Shown here one piece after another: positions 1 to 13,444 of a stretch of 64,000 bases of DNA. The DNA is from Priapulus caudatus (taxonomy: Eukaryota), in the NCBI RefSeq assembly GCF_000485595.1, contig NW_014577083.1:212932-276931 (forward strand). Direction: 5' to 3'. The notes beneath the pieces were generated by a model that was given only the letters and a program-made list of their open reading frames with translations, was not told where the DNA came from and searched no databases. Within the stretch, counting starts at the first letter, position 1, and each line of letters begins with the position of its first letter. Made by a program: the position numbers and the translations under genes.

Positions 1-270
1 TAGACCTGTTCCTATACATCAAATCAACTCCGACCATATTTCACGCACAGCAGTCCCGCCTTCTTATAGTCATGCTGTCACATACGCCACGGCTCAAATT
101 CACCTAGCTGTGACAACGATGTAAGCGTTTTAAACCCGCAATTGCGTCAAAGCTCACAGTCGGACGGTCCAGAAAGCCAGATTCAGCTAGATTCGGAAAT
201 ACTCGAGATAAAACGTCGTAATTTTGGTCATCATATAGAGTAATCAGGTAAGAGTAATTGGTAAGAGTAA

Positions 271-478
271 AGGCCCATTCACACCAGAGCTACGCTCATC
301 ACGATCGCCCCCACGCTCCAAAAATTGCCCGAGCGTGGTGAGCGTGGTTGAGAGCGTGGCCAATTGGGCCCCAGCCGGGCCCAGCGCCGATACTATGATC
401 TAATTACGTCGATACTACGATCTAAGTGCGTCTTTACCCCGATCTCATTGCGCTCAACAAGCTTTCACCACGCTCAAC
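271..478. mobile_element. PIF/Harbinger-like MITE end, truncated by gap
   Basis: taa|AGGCCCATTCACAC end resembling the other xGxxxxxTxCAC-ended MITEs in this window. Confidence 0.35.
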
Positions 479-1741
479 NNNNNNNNNNTGTGAAATTTTA
501 CTGAGCATTTCTAAATGCAATTCACGACAAGAGAATGCTCTCTCATGGCCTTACCCAGGCTCATTCATCAAGCCCCCTTGTTTATAATAGTTAAAACGTT
601 TCTCCAATTCACTACATCAATAGTTAGTTATACAAGGATTTTAACTTCTAAACTGGAGGGGACTTTTGCCTGCTAACATACTTTGATGACCGAATACTAA
701 ACTACAATAAATTCGGTCGCTGCAAAAATGTTGGGAAACACTCAAAATATTCTCTGATTGGATCCATTAGCTGTAACTTCGATCAGTACATCTTATTTAT
801 TTCCTACTAAATTAAAACAAGTATTTTTCTATGATATTTCTATGATATCCTAGCATCTACTTGAATGTGTTGCCATATATTTTATGGTTTCATGGTATCA
901 TCACTCTAGTAATTTCTGTTCACTCACAATTCTCGTCAAAGTAGACCGCTATGTATAAAAAATCAAAACGTTTGCTTTCAAACACGTACGCGTCTAGCGG
1001 TTCGGTGGGGATTTGTTTGGTCTGGTAGATATTACAAACAAGTAATGTTCATTTCTCTTCATTTGCTCTCATTGGACATAGATCTGCTTGTTTACACTAT
1101 AAACACTACTGCAATGAGTTTCATAAACGGTTTCTTTCGCACACGCAGAGCTATTCAACATAAGTGAATGTTTAGTTTGCCAATAATTAACACACACCCA
1201 TCTCAGAGACCAAGCCGGTTAGTTATTGTGATGGCTCATCGCATTAAATTACACCAATCTTACGAAAAATCAGTTTGTAAAATCCTAATGTGAAATCTAC
1301 TTTAAATTGGAGCAAATATCATGGCTGATTATAGGTGGTGCACCAGCAAATCACATGCAATAGACATGATCCTCATTGCATTCCCTCGTTTATTGGTAAA
1401 TCAAGGTTTGAAGTCGAGAAAATCTGTTTTTAAATTATAGATATTGCATTAAATTCGATAAGCCACCAATAAATATATGCTTGTTCAACCTACATATATG
1501 TATAGTTATGCGATTTGTTGAGCTCATAAGATCAATATAAATTATGGATAACAGAACCAACCACCATGTGCTTAATTTGATTATTTACACATTCCTAAAT
1601 TTGGAATTTAAATTTCAACCATTTAAATTTCAATCAAATTTTCATAAATTTACAATTTTTTACATACATACTTTACAATTATAATTCATATTTTTATACC
1701 ATATAAAATTTGTAATTTATATTTTCATATACTTACAAATA

Positions 1742-2189
1742 TGTGACCCGCTCCAGCATAATACGGACTAAGTCGCAAGTCATTGTTTTGAGTAATGAGC
1801 ACATGTCAATGCTGAAAATGGCCTACCTGGACAAAAATTAGATTTTTACAAAAATAAGTTCCTAAGTGCATATTTAATCCGGATATATAGGTTCAGATAT
1901 CTCTAGATTATTATAGTCATTTTTAATTTTTTTTTTTAAGTTTAAAAAAAAGGCCCCTGACCGCTCATCCCCGACTGGGCCCCTTACCCGAAACGCTTTA
2001 TCTCGAAAGCTGCATATTCCGGAATAAGTCGGTTTCCGATCTTCAAATTGCTGTAGATCGGTCAATTCTTTAGATATAGCCAAATATTATATATAATTTT
2101 AAAGGTAATTAAATGATCTATTCAGATATGCACATAACTCAATTTGTAGAATTTCCTACTTAATCCTGGCTTTGCTGGAGCGGGTCACA
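1742..2189. mobile_element. MITE with 17-bp TIRs and TA TSD
   Basis: TGTGACCCGCTCCAGCA ... TGCTGGAGCGGGTCACA, flanked by TA on both sides. Confidence 0.8.
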
Positions 2190-2649
2190 TATGCAAATTA
2201 CGTTTTTGTATATTCTCAAATTTGTTGTCAATGATGGATAAGTGGGAGATGCTCACTCGCCATTTATGCCATTGATGCACTGAAACTTTGTATGTGAACA
2301 CAGCAAATAAACCCCACTAAGGATATGACTAACTGCCAATGCTAACAGCTTTCCCTAACCATATTTACACAATTTCAGGTGAACCTTTTTATCAGAAAAC
2401 GTTTTGATTAATATTTAGCAAGCTGTGTTTGCTGTCCCGCATGTAAACACTGCTTGTAAAGAAACAGGTACAATGAGTCTATAGGCACCTTTTCACTGAG
2501 TGCTAGCACCTGAGGCTATTGTAAATATAAGAACCATGTTAAATAATATGTTAGTATGCATAAATGAAGCTACGTTATTAGTCTATTAATCTTCGATCTC
2601 AAAGAGATCAAGTGTACATTTTAGGAATTTAGAATTTGAGCAGTCAGCA

Positions 2650-2731
2650 TCTCTCTCTCTCTCCCTCTCTCTCTCTGTCTCTGTCTCTGTCTCTGTCTCT
2701 GTCTCTGTCTCTGTCTCTGTCTCTGGCTCTG

Positions 2732-2767
<36 letters not shown>

Positions 2768-2775
2768 TCTCTCCC
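2650..2775. repeat. (TC)n/(TCTGTC)n microsatellite
   Basis: Read directly; it explains the ET/SL/RD ORFs in the track. Confidence 0.95.
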
Positions 2776-4045
2776 TCTCGCTCTTCTCTCCTCGTCAACT
2801 AATATACTCTGTCTCCTCTCTCCGTCAGGCTTAAATCTGTCCAAAGTGGGGTTTTTTTTTATTTGACTAGAAGTAAAAATGTTTAGAAAAATATCACACA
2901 TAAACAGTGGCCGCGCNNNNNNNNNNNNNNNNNNNNNNNNNNNNNNNNNNNNNNNNNNNNNNNNNNNNNNNNNNNNNNNNNNNNNNNNNNNNNNNNNNNN
3001 NNNNNNNNNNNNNNNNNNNNNNNNNNNNNNNNNNNNNNNNNNNNNNNNNNNNNNNNNNNNNNNNNNNNNNNNNNNNNNNNNNNNNNNNNNNNNNNNNNNN
3101 NNNNNNNNNNNNNNNNNNNNNNNNNNNNNNNNNNNNNNNNNNNNNNNNNNNNNNNNNNNNNNNNNNNNNNNNNNNNNNNNNNNNNNNNNNNNNNNNNNNN
3201 NNNNNNNNNNNNNNNNNNNNNNNNNNNNNNNNNNNNNNNNNNNNNNNNNNNNNNNNNNNNNNNNNNNNNNNNNNNNNNNNNNNNNNNNNNNNNNNNNNNN
3301 NNNNNAGAAAAGAACCAATGCTAATAAATTTTAAAATCTAAATAACCAAAAGCTTACTAGTATTTGCTATGGGTGATTCCATTGCATGTGTGCACTTTTT
3401 AAATGTTACCTTTGCACCGTTTTAGACTAGTACAGTAGTAGTTAGACAAAGGTGCAATAATATTTATCTCTATAACTACTAATTAATGGCAAAAATTCAC
3501 ATTTAGCATAGATATATGCATAGTTTAACCAAAACTAATAGGTAAATATACAATATTGCAAACCTTTATCATTTAAATCATAGGTGATATGTTCAGTGTC
3601 AGAAAATTAAAAAACCAAAAAGTGCAAATTGCAAAGTAATGGTGCCATCCAGTAACATAAATACACAATATTGATGAGGTCATATTGGGTATGTCTGAAT
3701 AATAAGTTGAGGTTATGCAATTTAAGAAACATTTACGTGAACAGTTCACAGGTGACACACACTAGTGGCAAAGCAAAACATTAATTACCATGCCCAAAAA
3801 AGCATACTGTATACGGCCGACATACATAGTTCTTTAGTTAATAATACATGCAGCTCTGTGTTCTGTATGAGACATGATATCCTGTACACAATCGTATATA
3901 TCAATTTGTCACAACCACAGGCAGCACCAAACATCAGATGCCAACTAGCACTAGCACTAGCAGCAAGTCACACCTAAATTTCTACATGATCATGCTACAA
4001 TAAACATTTAACCAACCTCCCGTAAACATAGACTATTGATCCTAC

Positions 4046-7000
4046 CTTTTTAAATAACTGTACAATCCACGATCAAAGTATCTGCAAGAAAGAATTCAGT
4101 CAAATTAAATGGCTATAACAGAGTAAGAGGGATAGAATCTGGAGGGGAAACCTTCATTATCAGCATATATGCTATACTTTTGTAACCCAACTAACTGTAC
4201 ACTTTTTGTTTCACATAAATCTTTGTGATATAACAAAAACTACTGAATTTTTAAGGTTTTATGATTGTATTACATTCCTGCATAGGTATTAATTAGAGAA
4301 AAATATACAGGACATTTCAACAGTAATATCATGGTTTTACATTGTAATCTCGTGCTGCCACCTACATTCACCCTACGCTATTAATCAATTATATTAATGG
4401 TAATTTAATTGTAGCCATAGAAACTCCCAGTGACATATTAAAATAAAAATGTCCGCAAAACACACATATATGCATGCGGGTATACAAAAAAAATCAATAA
4501 AATCTTGACCTGTTTACACGGAATCAGCTAGGCAACCAAGAAAATATGTAACTTATTAACAAATACTTATGGCAAAGAAGCAATGTTAACAAAAACATGA
4601 TTTTCCTAAGATCTAAATGAGTACAGCCTTCATTTTTAAGACTACATATTTAAAAGTAGATATTACTGCAGAATGCAACAACAACATACACTGGTACGAT
4701 AATGCCAGACAGCCTTCCTAGTCTGCTAGGTGGTTTCAAGAGCATGCTCTCTTAGAAAATAAGGATCAAAATAGTGGATTCTAATTACACTGAATATTAC
4801 ACATTGTTTCGAACTACAGGAAGTATGTGACAGTGGAAGGTGGAGTGCATGACCATTTTAGTCAGTGCTCACTGCTAACTGGAAAGTCTGGAATACAGAT
4901 TTACTATACTATGAACTATGAACATATCTATACAATTACCATGAAAGACTAGTATAGCAGCTGTTGCATCGATGATGACATTTCAAAATTCCACATTAAT
5001 GAATGTTCAAAATGCATTACTAGATTACAGAAATAGGTCACATGAGTTGTCACAGGTAATTCAGTTCCCGTTAACAGGTTTCTATGTACTAAAGGTTAAT
5101 ATATGCGCAATATCGTGTAAAAATCAAAAATGCAATGCCGAGGCATAATAGAGATAGAGCCGAGTGCCAGCCACATGTAATATAGGCGTTCAAGGCTTAT
5201 ATAGCAGATGGCAGGCAAATAGGAGGTTATTTATAGAATTAGTGAAACCGTTAAGCTAACTTAAGAACCAGGGATAGTAATGACGAAGTCGTGAATGAGA
5301 AAACGATAGCATATGGCATGAGCATCACTGGCGCTCATAGGGTCTATGTCCCCCAGGGTACTGCCGGAACGTACCCTGGGTACGGTCCAGTATACCGGAA
5401 CGTACCCTGGTAACTATCTGATATGGTTAGGGTTAGGGTTAGGGTTAGGGTTAGGATTAGGGTTAGGGTTAGGGAGTAGGCGTAGGCGACTCCCTAGACT
5501 CGTTAGTGGAGTAGGCGAGGTACGGTCCGGCATATTACATAGTACCAGGGTACGTTCCGGTAGTACCCTGAGGGACATAGACCCTCTCAGCATCACTGGA
5601 ACCTTACAAACATTCTGAAAAGACATCAATGCTGGAACAGCTGGTATAACAGTCTTTCATGTTCATTTTATACATATGTTCATGATTATACATGTTATCA
5701 AGAGCACATAAAGAAGGAGAGCGTACAACGGTGAAATGCTGAAACCATGCTGCAGTATTAGTCAAATTAATAAACTTTCCCCGATTCTTTGCAGTATTAT
5801 TGATCAGCTGTCCTACCTTGTTAATATAAAACAAACCGCATGTCCCTACGATGCCTCTACGCTGAGATAATGAGCGGTGAAAATCTGGTATCTTCGCCGA
5901 AAACCGACTCGAGATCAGTTTTACTGCGACTGTCTCTCGTTTTCTGTACTGTATGTTGCTTCCGGTCGCCGCTGTGTAGCGCTGACTCGATACGTTATTA
6001 CTACAGCGTTACTACATCCAGCGTAAGGGGCGGGTCATTACCATGGCGATAAATAACAAGACGTTTTTGTGGAGTAATGGCTGCGTCAATGACTGGAAAT
6101 GCGAGAAAAGATAGTAGAAGGAAAATAAATTTCATTGTCAATGAATGACAGAAACACGCGAGGTTTCCCGAAGCTATCGCCAGAACGAGAGACAGTCGCA
6201 GCCACTACGTATCTCGAGTCGGTTTTCGGTACAAATACCAGATTTTCACCGCTCATTATCTCAGCGTATATATCGTCATATATAACATGCATCGTAGGGA
6301 CAAGCGGTTTGTTTTATATTAGCAAGGTAGGAGAGCTGATCAATAATACCACAAAGAATCGTCAAAATAAAATCGGCAAAGTTTACTAATTCGACTAATA
6401 CTGCAGCATGGTTTCAGCATTTTACCGTTGTATGCTCTCTTTCCGTTTAGTTGTACGCTTGACGTACCATTACCGTTGTACGCTCTTGATGTTATATACT
6501 TACTTCCACATGTCTGAGTACAGATGGATGCGGGAAATACATTTGGGTTGATGAGGCGGATCTAGTCCATCCACTTTAGCAACAGTTCCAGGCAGCCCAA
6601 ACATCACCACATATTTTACATGGAAGAACTGACCTGTATAAAAAGATCATTTGGAGATATACTTGCACACCAGATATTTTGTCAATACTGATTTTGCCAT
6701 TTCACTAGTACGATTTGAGAAAAGAGAATGTTCTACTGGAACAATCAATATAGCATGCATGTAGTATCTATTAGAAAAACCATAGATATAAAACAAAATA
6801 AGACATGCACTCATGCGAAAATGTACAATTACATATATAATAAATATAGAGATATGAAAATATATCACACAGAAAAAAGTGAAGTTTAAGGTAACACATT
6901 TTTACCTACCATGAGACCAACCCAAGCCACCAAGCGGCCATCTACCCATGCTCTTGACAGTATAAAGGTCAAAGATCAATGCATTGAAGTGGTAGAAATG

Positions 7001-10000
7001 AAGAATGAGCTCTAGATATGTAGCCCAGAACATGACTCTCATGAATTCCCTAATGATGTAGAATATCTTGTCTTTAGTCCATATTCTTGCTGTTTGTTTC
7101 ATCTGTAATACATAATGATGCAATCACAAACAAACACATTTTTACACGTTTGTGTAGACTTGGCAAGAATATGAAATCTATTGAGCACTGACCTAGCTGG
7201 CCCTCAGTGACAGAAGCACTATCCCTGTAACATTGAGAATGATTCTCTTAAGGGCCGGACACACTAGGCGATTTTAATGCGATCTAATCGGGCGACTTTA
7301 TCGCCCGATAATATTGCCCGATTCTATCGCGCGAGTCGAGTGGACACATCACGCGATTTAGTCGCGCGACTGAAATAATCGCCCGATAATATCAAAACGT
7401 TTTGATCCATGCGATTGAATCGGGTGATTAAATCGGGCGACTAAATCGGCGGCGACTGACTGGACACATTAGGCGATTTTCACCGGCGATCGAGTCGCCC
7501 GACTGAGTCGCCCGATAAAATCGCCTAGTGTGTCCGGCCCTTTAGTGGTGGGATTAAACTAATGATCACACCACCTCATATGTTGACTAATAACAACTCA
7601 CCATAACTAACAGAGAAAGGGAGCTGTGGAATTTTGTTTTGGGTGGCAAGATTGAACAATATGGCCTTCGATTAGTCTGATGTTGTACTGTGTACGATCA
7701 TCTGCCATTTGTCAAAAATAAAAACGAATTTAATGCGAGGATTTCTCATGTTTTGACCCACCGTTTTTAGGGGTGCACCAGAACTTGGATCCGGCCGGAA
7801 CTATCCGGGCAGATCCCAAATTTTTCAGAGTTCCGGTTCCGGCCGGAACCCTTCAGGAACAGTCGGGCGGAACCAAAACTTTTTCCTAATTTCATTTCTG
7901 CTACAAGCGTCATCAAGATTAAAAGATCAGTCACTGAATGTAGTTGAGAGTCAATAGAGTCAACTTGCTGACAATATAGTGTTAACGACATCACACTAAT
8001 CGGTCCAAAAAACGCTTGCCACTTGAACATTGGCTAACTAACTGAACTGAACCTAACTGATGTTAGGTGATTCACAAGATTTTCTTTTAAAATCAAATAC
8101 TCTTAGAGCCACAGGAATGGCATCTGTCTGTTAGTTAAAAATAATCGACTAAAACCAGGGAAACTGCAACATGCAGGTTTTGCCACAGAATTCGCTCGCG
8201 AATAAGATGCCAGAATTATGCACTGTAAGCAGCTGATTCATACACCCAACAACCATCCTGTAATTAGAACTTTGAGCATTGTCCTACTCGCCTGAGTGAT
8301 GTGCCTGCTAATAATATTTCGTTCAGGCCGAATGAGTTTGCGCAATACTGGGTCAAAACTGTCAAGTTCATTCCCAGCTTAAGTTCCGGTTCCGGCCAGG
8401 TAGTTCCGGCCGGAACTTTTTTCAAGTTCCGGCTGGTTCCGGTTCTGACCGGAACTTGAGAAGTTGGATCCGGTGCACCCCTAACTGTTTTTCATATTTT
8501 CTTAACCATTCTGATACCTACCAGTACTCCTTGCATAACACCAAATGTATATAGTAAGGCTAACATATGTCACAGAACACTCGCATTCTTGCCACCAATG
8601 TGTGCAACAATCTGCATTTCAAATTAGATTGTTTACATATATGTCAACGCACCTCGCGTGTGATTTTTGTTCTCGCGAGACCAGAACCCTGTCTCTATAC
8701 ACTAGGTTAATTACCTTTGTATACATTTCAAGATAGATACCAGTCTATAAATATTTGCGTCACGTAACTACATGCACTCGTTTTGTGGGTCCATTTGAAC
8801 ATTCCATTATCACGAATCTGAAGATGCATAGCGGGTGCACACGTGTTTGCCGTTGATTCACTGTATTATAGCCTATAACAGCACAAATTTTGGTGAGACC
8901 CAATTTGTCTGTTGTGCGAGTGTTCTATGATATGTTACCCTTAAGCTGGGTTTACACTACCGACTTTATGTTGGCGAATTAGCGAGTTAGACCAATTTCG
9001 CAATTCGGCAACTCCGAGTTGGTGAAAATAGAACATGTTCTAATCTCCCAACTACGAACTAGTTGCTATCAATCGGTTGGTCGCGCAACTTTTGCGTTTA
9101 CACTGCCGAATGTCGGTTGTATAGTTGGGAAGTTGGTCGAATTCGCCAATTCGCCAACATAAAGTCGGTAGTGTAAACCCAGATTTGCTATATGCATTTG
9201 GTGTCCTGCATGGAGTACCGGTAAGTATCAGAACGGTTAAGAAAATATGAAAACGGTTCGTAAAAACATGGGAAATCCTCGTTTTAAAGTATAAGGTACT
9301 CTACTGAAGAGGAAGAGTCAAAGGTTGATCAAATTGATAGATCAAAGCTATGGATTGCAGCATCAAGTTCAAATTTTACAATTAAGTAGAGAATTCCAAT
9401 ATAGAGTTAAGCAAGAGTGAATGCTAATTTTTGCATGACCATGATAAATCATGTAAAACCAAAAGGTTATAAGCTTAACACTCAGAAAGCTTATATGAAG
9501 AGGGGTCCAGAACAAGCTTTGATAATTATCAGATATTCATCTGGTAGCTTTATTCTCTATAGCTCTGTGTAGCCCCTTCGCTCCAGCCATAGGGGATCAA
9601 GATCTGTAGCAGGAGCGAAGAAGCTACACCAGTAGAGCTATAATCTGTATGAAATCCAAACATAGTTGTACTAGTTTACAGGGAGACCTGTCTGGCAAAT
9701 CATATTCTAACATGAGCAGAACACTAGTTATTAAAAGAGCAAGTTTTTGAATAGACAACAGTAAGACTGCCCAAGAAAACAAAACGAACATACCAAAGTG
9801 AGACACGTTCCTGCAAATATAATGAATGTGGGCATTCCATCCAGGTTGCTACTAATAACAACATCAAAATATTTGTAAGTATGGTATAAGAGACATATTT
9901 AACAGACAGATAGTAAGAGATAAAAATGGTCTATTGCTTCAGTTGCTGCTGCAAACTAGTAATTAACTAGTAAACCTAATACCTCAGACTATCTGCCTGC

Positions 10001-12264
10001 TGTAAATTGTCTGTAAATGTAACCCGAGTATGTAATATAATAAAGGTCTCAAAAACATACCTGAATTTCGTATAAATCATATGTAAGCAGAGGGCCAGTA
10101 AAAAACAGTGGTAGGTAGAAACAGTAAGCAAAGAAACTAAGCATGTCTTTCAACCTAGAAGTTGGCTGCGGCCTATAAACAAAAAATGAACACATTTTAA
10201 ATTAAATCCAATCTCATCTCACATACATCTAGGATAAAAATGCTATATATAGCAAAATATCACTTCTACATCTAGTTAACTGAATGTTCATGATATAGTG
10301 CAAAGATTTTCAGGATTTAATTTATATATAGAACATATACTCTGCTCAACATAAACGTACTTTATTTACCTTTTCGAATATTCTATTGATACACTAGTGT
10401 AGCGAAGATTCATCATTGCTGTGGTAAACAACAGCTGGTAGAAATGTTCCTCTGATTGAAATTTCATGTATGCTTTCTGTAAAAATTCCAAACCTAATAA
10501 ATATCAATACATACACTTTTGAAATACACAATTGAAACACTTTTGACGTTGCCACATCTACTTCACTCAATATCATGCTCTGTATATCAGAAAGGACATG
10601 AACTTAATTAAAAATTACATACACCATTGCATGCATTATTAAATTAAGTGAGCTTGTATCGTCACACTTGTATATTATCACCTTTGAAATTTTGAACGCT
10701 AAAAATAATGCCATCCATATAAATGATAGCAAAGTACTACATATCTTGTTGTGTCGTCTGGCAATATACCTGCAAATCATGGAAAGCCGAGATGTTGAGT
10801 GCGGAAAGAAGCACTAAACTGACAGACCAGCATGCGGCTGTTCTTCTCAGTTGTGATACACAGTACATTATTACACAGTGTATGACCAAGTATCCAACAG
10901 ACAGCGGTCCCATCACGTGGACAAGAGCACACAGTGAATGAATCAAGTAGAAATGCTCCTTGTACTGAAAATACAACGATATTTGTTACTGTGATGTATT
11001 AGCAATGGTGTTAGTCATTTCCCTGAATTCAATTGACTATGATTGCCACTTGAAATACACAAATATAAATTCTCATGAATCTGTGAAACAGTTCATAAAA
11101 TTCTACAATAAATGACGAATTCCTGCACTGTTCATATTTATCGGTGCATAGTGAAACATCTTGTGGAATTCTCTGATAATACCTTGCAGCAGAACCTGTC
11201 CACCAGCCGGCCTAACAGCATGTGGCTGCAATACCATGGTAGTACATGCCAAAACCAGGTGGACCAGAAATGCCACTCATAATTCGAGATATCCTATAAA
11301 AGTACGTATTAAACATTGGGACTGGAATTAAATTCATCGTTAAAGAGCTACAAAAACAGTTTATGAATATTAGGTTTCTCTTGATCCCGAGCTCCTTGTG
11401 TGATAAATACCTTACTGCCTCATGTGACATATGACCAAAATAGTTTAAACTGGAGAACCTTAGGTTATACTTTCAGACCAATTTCATTATTAATAGAATA
11501 TCACCCTAGAATAACCTTGTAATACAAGTGACAGTTGATTAGAAACCAATCATGTCTCCTTCTTACCATTTATTAATTGTAAAATTATAGCACTAGTTAT
11601 CAGCTATAGTACCAACGACTTTTGAGTATAATTTATCCTCAATTCTCCAGACTATACCTGCTCATTAAAGCAAAGCACATCCCAGCTTTTACAAAGCATT
11701 ACAAATGTTTATTCTTCACAACTCATTAGTACTATACTACCTTCGTTCGTCCTCCTAGTATCTTCCAACCTTGATTAAAATCATCTGTGTTCATGATATA
11801 CTCATTTTCTATATGAAATAGAGATCACGTTTAATACTATAAAAATAAAATGTTTAGTAAAAATATACGAGTGTATGATAAAGACCACATTCAGTACTGG
11901 TACTATCATGAACCTACACACATTTTTAAATACTACATAGGTTCATTGTAGGCATATTAATAAAGTTACCATTTATACACATTTAAAAAATTTGTGTGAA
12001 TTATGAACTTTGTAGAATGCTCTTTTATGTTTAGACTATATAGTGTTTTAGTGTAAATGAGTTAATTTTACTTTATAACGTATTATTACTATCAGTATTC
12101 TAGATTACTGTGAATTGTCTGTAATATCACAGTCATCTTCTAGCAATCCTACCTTTGCATACACAGTACGTTTGATATGAAGCATAAAGACATATGCCTG
12201 TCCAGGAGAAAACATAGAGCACCACCTCTGCTGTTGGAAGGCGTGCTGGAAGCTGCTTGGCCAT
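4046..12264 (-). CDS. HHAT: Hedgehog acyltransferase (MBOAT family, HHAT/rasp), 3'-incomplete, 9 coding exons
   Basis: Exons with GT-AG ends and consistent phases: 12264-12153 (MAKQLPARLPTAEVVLYVFSW...), 11808-11741 (...QGWKILGGRTK), 11293-11183 (DISNYEWHFWSTW...), 10964-10770, 10476-10370 (...NLRYTSVSIE), 10172-10061 (AYCFYLPLFFTGPLLTY), 7102-6910 (...WPLGGLGWSH), 6633-6504 (GQFFHVKYVVMFG...PKCISRIHLYSDMWK), 4081-4046 (YFDRGLYSYLKR). Motifs match HHAT/Rasp as recalled (DxxxxEW, FYxPxxxGP, MWxYFDxGL). About 354 codons visible; the catalytic-His exon was not found. Confidence 0.93.
5339..5585. mobile_element. Foldback MITE with central (TTAGGG)n core
   Basis: About 40-bp TIRs AGGGTCTATGTCCC...GGGACATAGACCCT enclosing about 8 GGTTAG units (5425-5473). 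Confidence 0.8.
5713..6441. mobile_element. Foldback non-autonomous DNA element with ~200-bp TIRs
   Basis: 5713-5915 is an imperfect inverted repeat of 6210-6441. A second partial copy lies at 20008-20422. Confidence 0.85.
7251..7541. mobile_element. PIF/Harbinger-type MITE
   Basis: TIR AGGGCCGGACACACTAGGCGATTTTA and its exact complement; TTA TSD on both sides; internal ATCGCCCGA-type repeats. Confidence 0.85.
7768..8483. mobile_element. hAT-type MITE
   Basis: TIR TAGGGGTGCACC...GGTGCACCCCTA; 8-bp TSD accgtttt/actgtttt; subterminal CCGGAAC repeats. Confidence 0.85.
8944..9184. mobile_element. PIF/Harbinger-type MITE
   Basis: About 37-bp TIR AGCTGGGTTTACACTACCGACTTTATGTTGGCGAATT; left flank TTA; related to the element at 21841-22298. 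Confidence 0.8.
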
Positions 12265-13031
12265 TTCTGATAGAGAAATATAAACAATACAATCCACTAG
12301 AGTAACCAATCTACTAGGTAATAGCGACTGCCCCTGTATAATTTCTAAGCATGTAGTCCCTGTTATCTAAAAGAAAACAGTGAAGATCAGGCTACAAGTT
12401 TGCCTCGAGCTGACTCACACTTAGTGTTGCCGCATTTTGATTGTTCCCACAAACCGACTCGTTTAAATAGGAACATGTTAAAGGAAGAATATGGCTGTGC
12501 ACGGGTCGCTAGTAGTTTTTAGTTGTTATAGGCTAGTCGGCCCTGAAATGTTGCATTTTCCAGTTCTGGAAGACCTTTTGCCAGACCGAAAAACTTCCAG
12601 CATGTGATTGTGAACCATGTAACTTGTATCTATCAATCAATCAAGTTGTTAAAAGATGTCAAATGGAAAAGGTTGAATTAAACATTGGAGGCAGAGGAGT
12701 TTGAATTTCTCTAATGGATCCGACTGTAAATAGTGTGTAAGATATGTATAAATTATGAAAAAGTAAAACTTGTAAAAAATTACAAATGTGTATATTTCGA
12801 TAGTTTAAAGTAATGTAAGGACCACAATGTAAATAAGTGTGCTAGTCCTTGGTAGTTAACTAATTTCATGAATTCATAATTTATTGTAACACTAACAGTG
12901 TATCATGGACTGTAGTGTAAATACCTAAATAAAGAATACATAAAATTAAAAAAATTAAATAAACCATAGCCTAAGAATAACTGTTATTCTTAGTCTATGC
13001 ATGCTACTACTAGTACCACAGGCACTTGGAA

Positions 13032-13438
13032 CGTCTCAATAAAGAAAAATAATGCTAAATAAACATGAAATGTATTTACTACCAAAGTCTAAAATGTTTC
13101 TCTACTCCGAGTACTCTCTTTTGCCTATTATTGCCGATAATTTCCTGTAAATGCTGCTCAAATGCTCCTCTGCAACGCACACGTACACCGCACGCACGCT
13201 GCTGCACGTTTACACTTATTAAATATATAAGTGCTCGTTTACACTACGCGAGTAAGTGTAAATGTGCAGCGGCGTGCGTGCGGTGTATGTGTGTGTGTTG
13301 CAGAGGAGCATTTGAGCAGCATTTACAGGAAATTATCGGCAATAATAGGCGAAAGAGAGTAGAGAAACATTAAGACTTTGGTAGTAAATACATTTCGTGT
13401 TTATTTAGCATTATTTTTCTTTATTCATTATTGAGACG
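13032..13438. repeat. Long inverted repeat (foldback), ~185-bp arms, ~32-nt loop
   Basis: 13032-13218 pairs with 13253-13438 with few mismatches and indels. Confidence 0.9.
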
Positions 13439-13444
13439 GTTTAT

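Larger units (their letters stand above)
7733..9283. mobile_element. Older TIR element hosting two nested MITEs
   Basis: The left arm (7733-7767 plus 8484-8535) is an inverted repeat of 9206-9283, with TTAA near both ends. A related inverted fragment lies at 37788-38108. Confidence 0.7.

Noticed and set aside
2586..3341. ORFs spanning N-runs (also 14483-15438)
   Set aside because: Artefacts of gaps and low-complexity sequence.
3573..3758. ORF containing ILCIYVTGWH as the HHAT catalytic exon
   Set aside because: It lacks YxYxPxGG and WHG, and the nearby acceptor is phase 0 where phase 2 is needed.
9624..9810. Hydrophobic ORF with an acceptor-like site as an HHAT exon
   Set aside because: Exons 10172-10061 and 7102-6910 already join in frame and match HHAT continuously.
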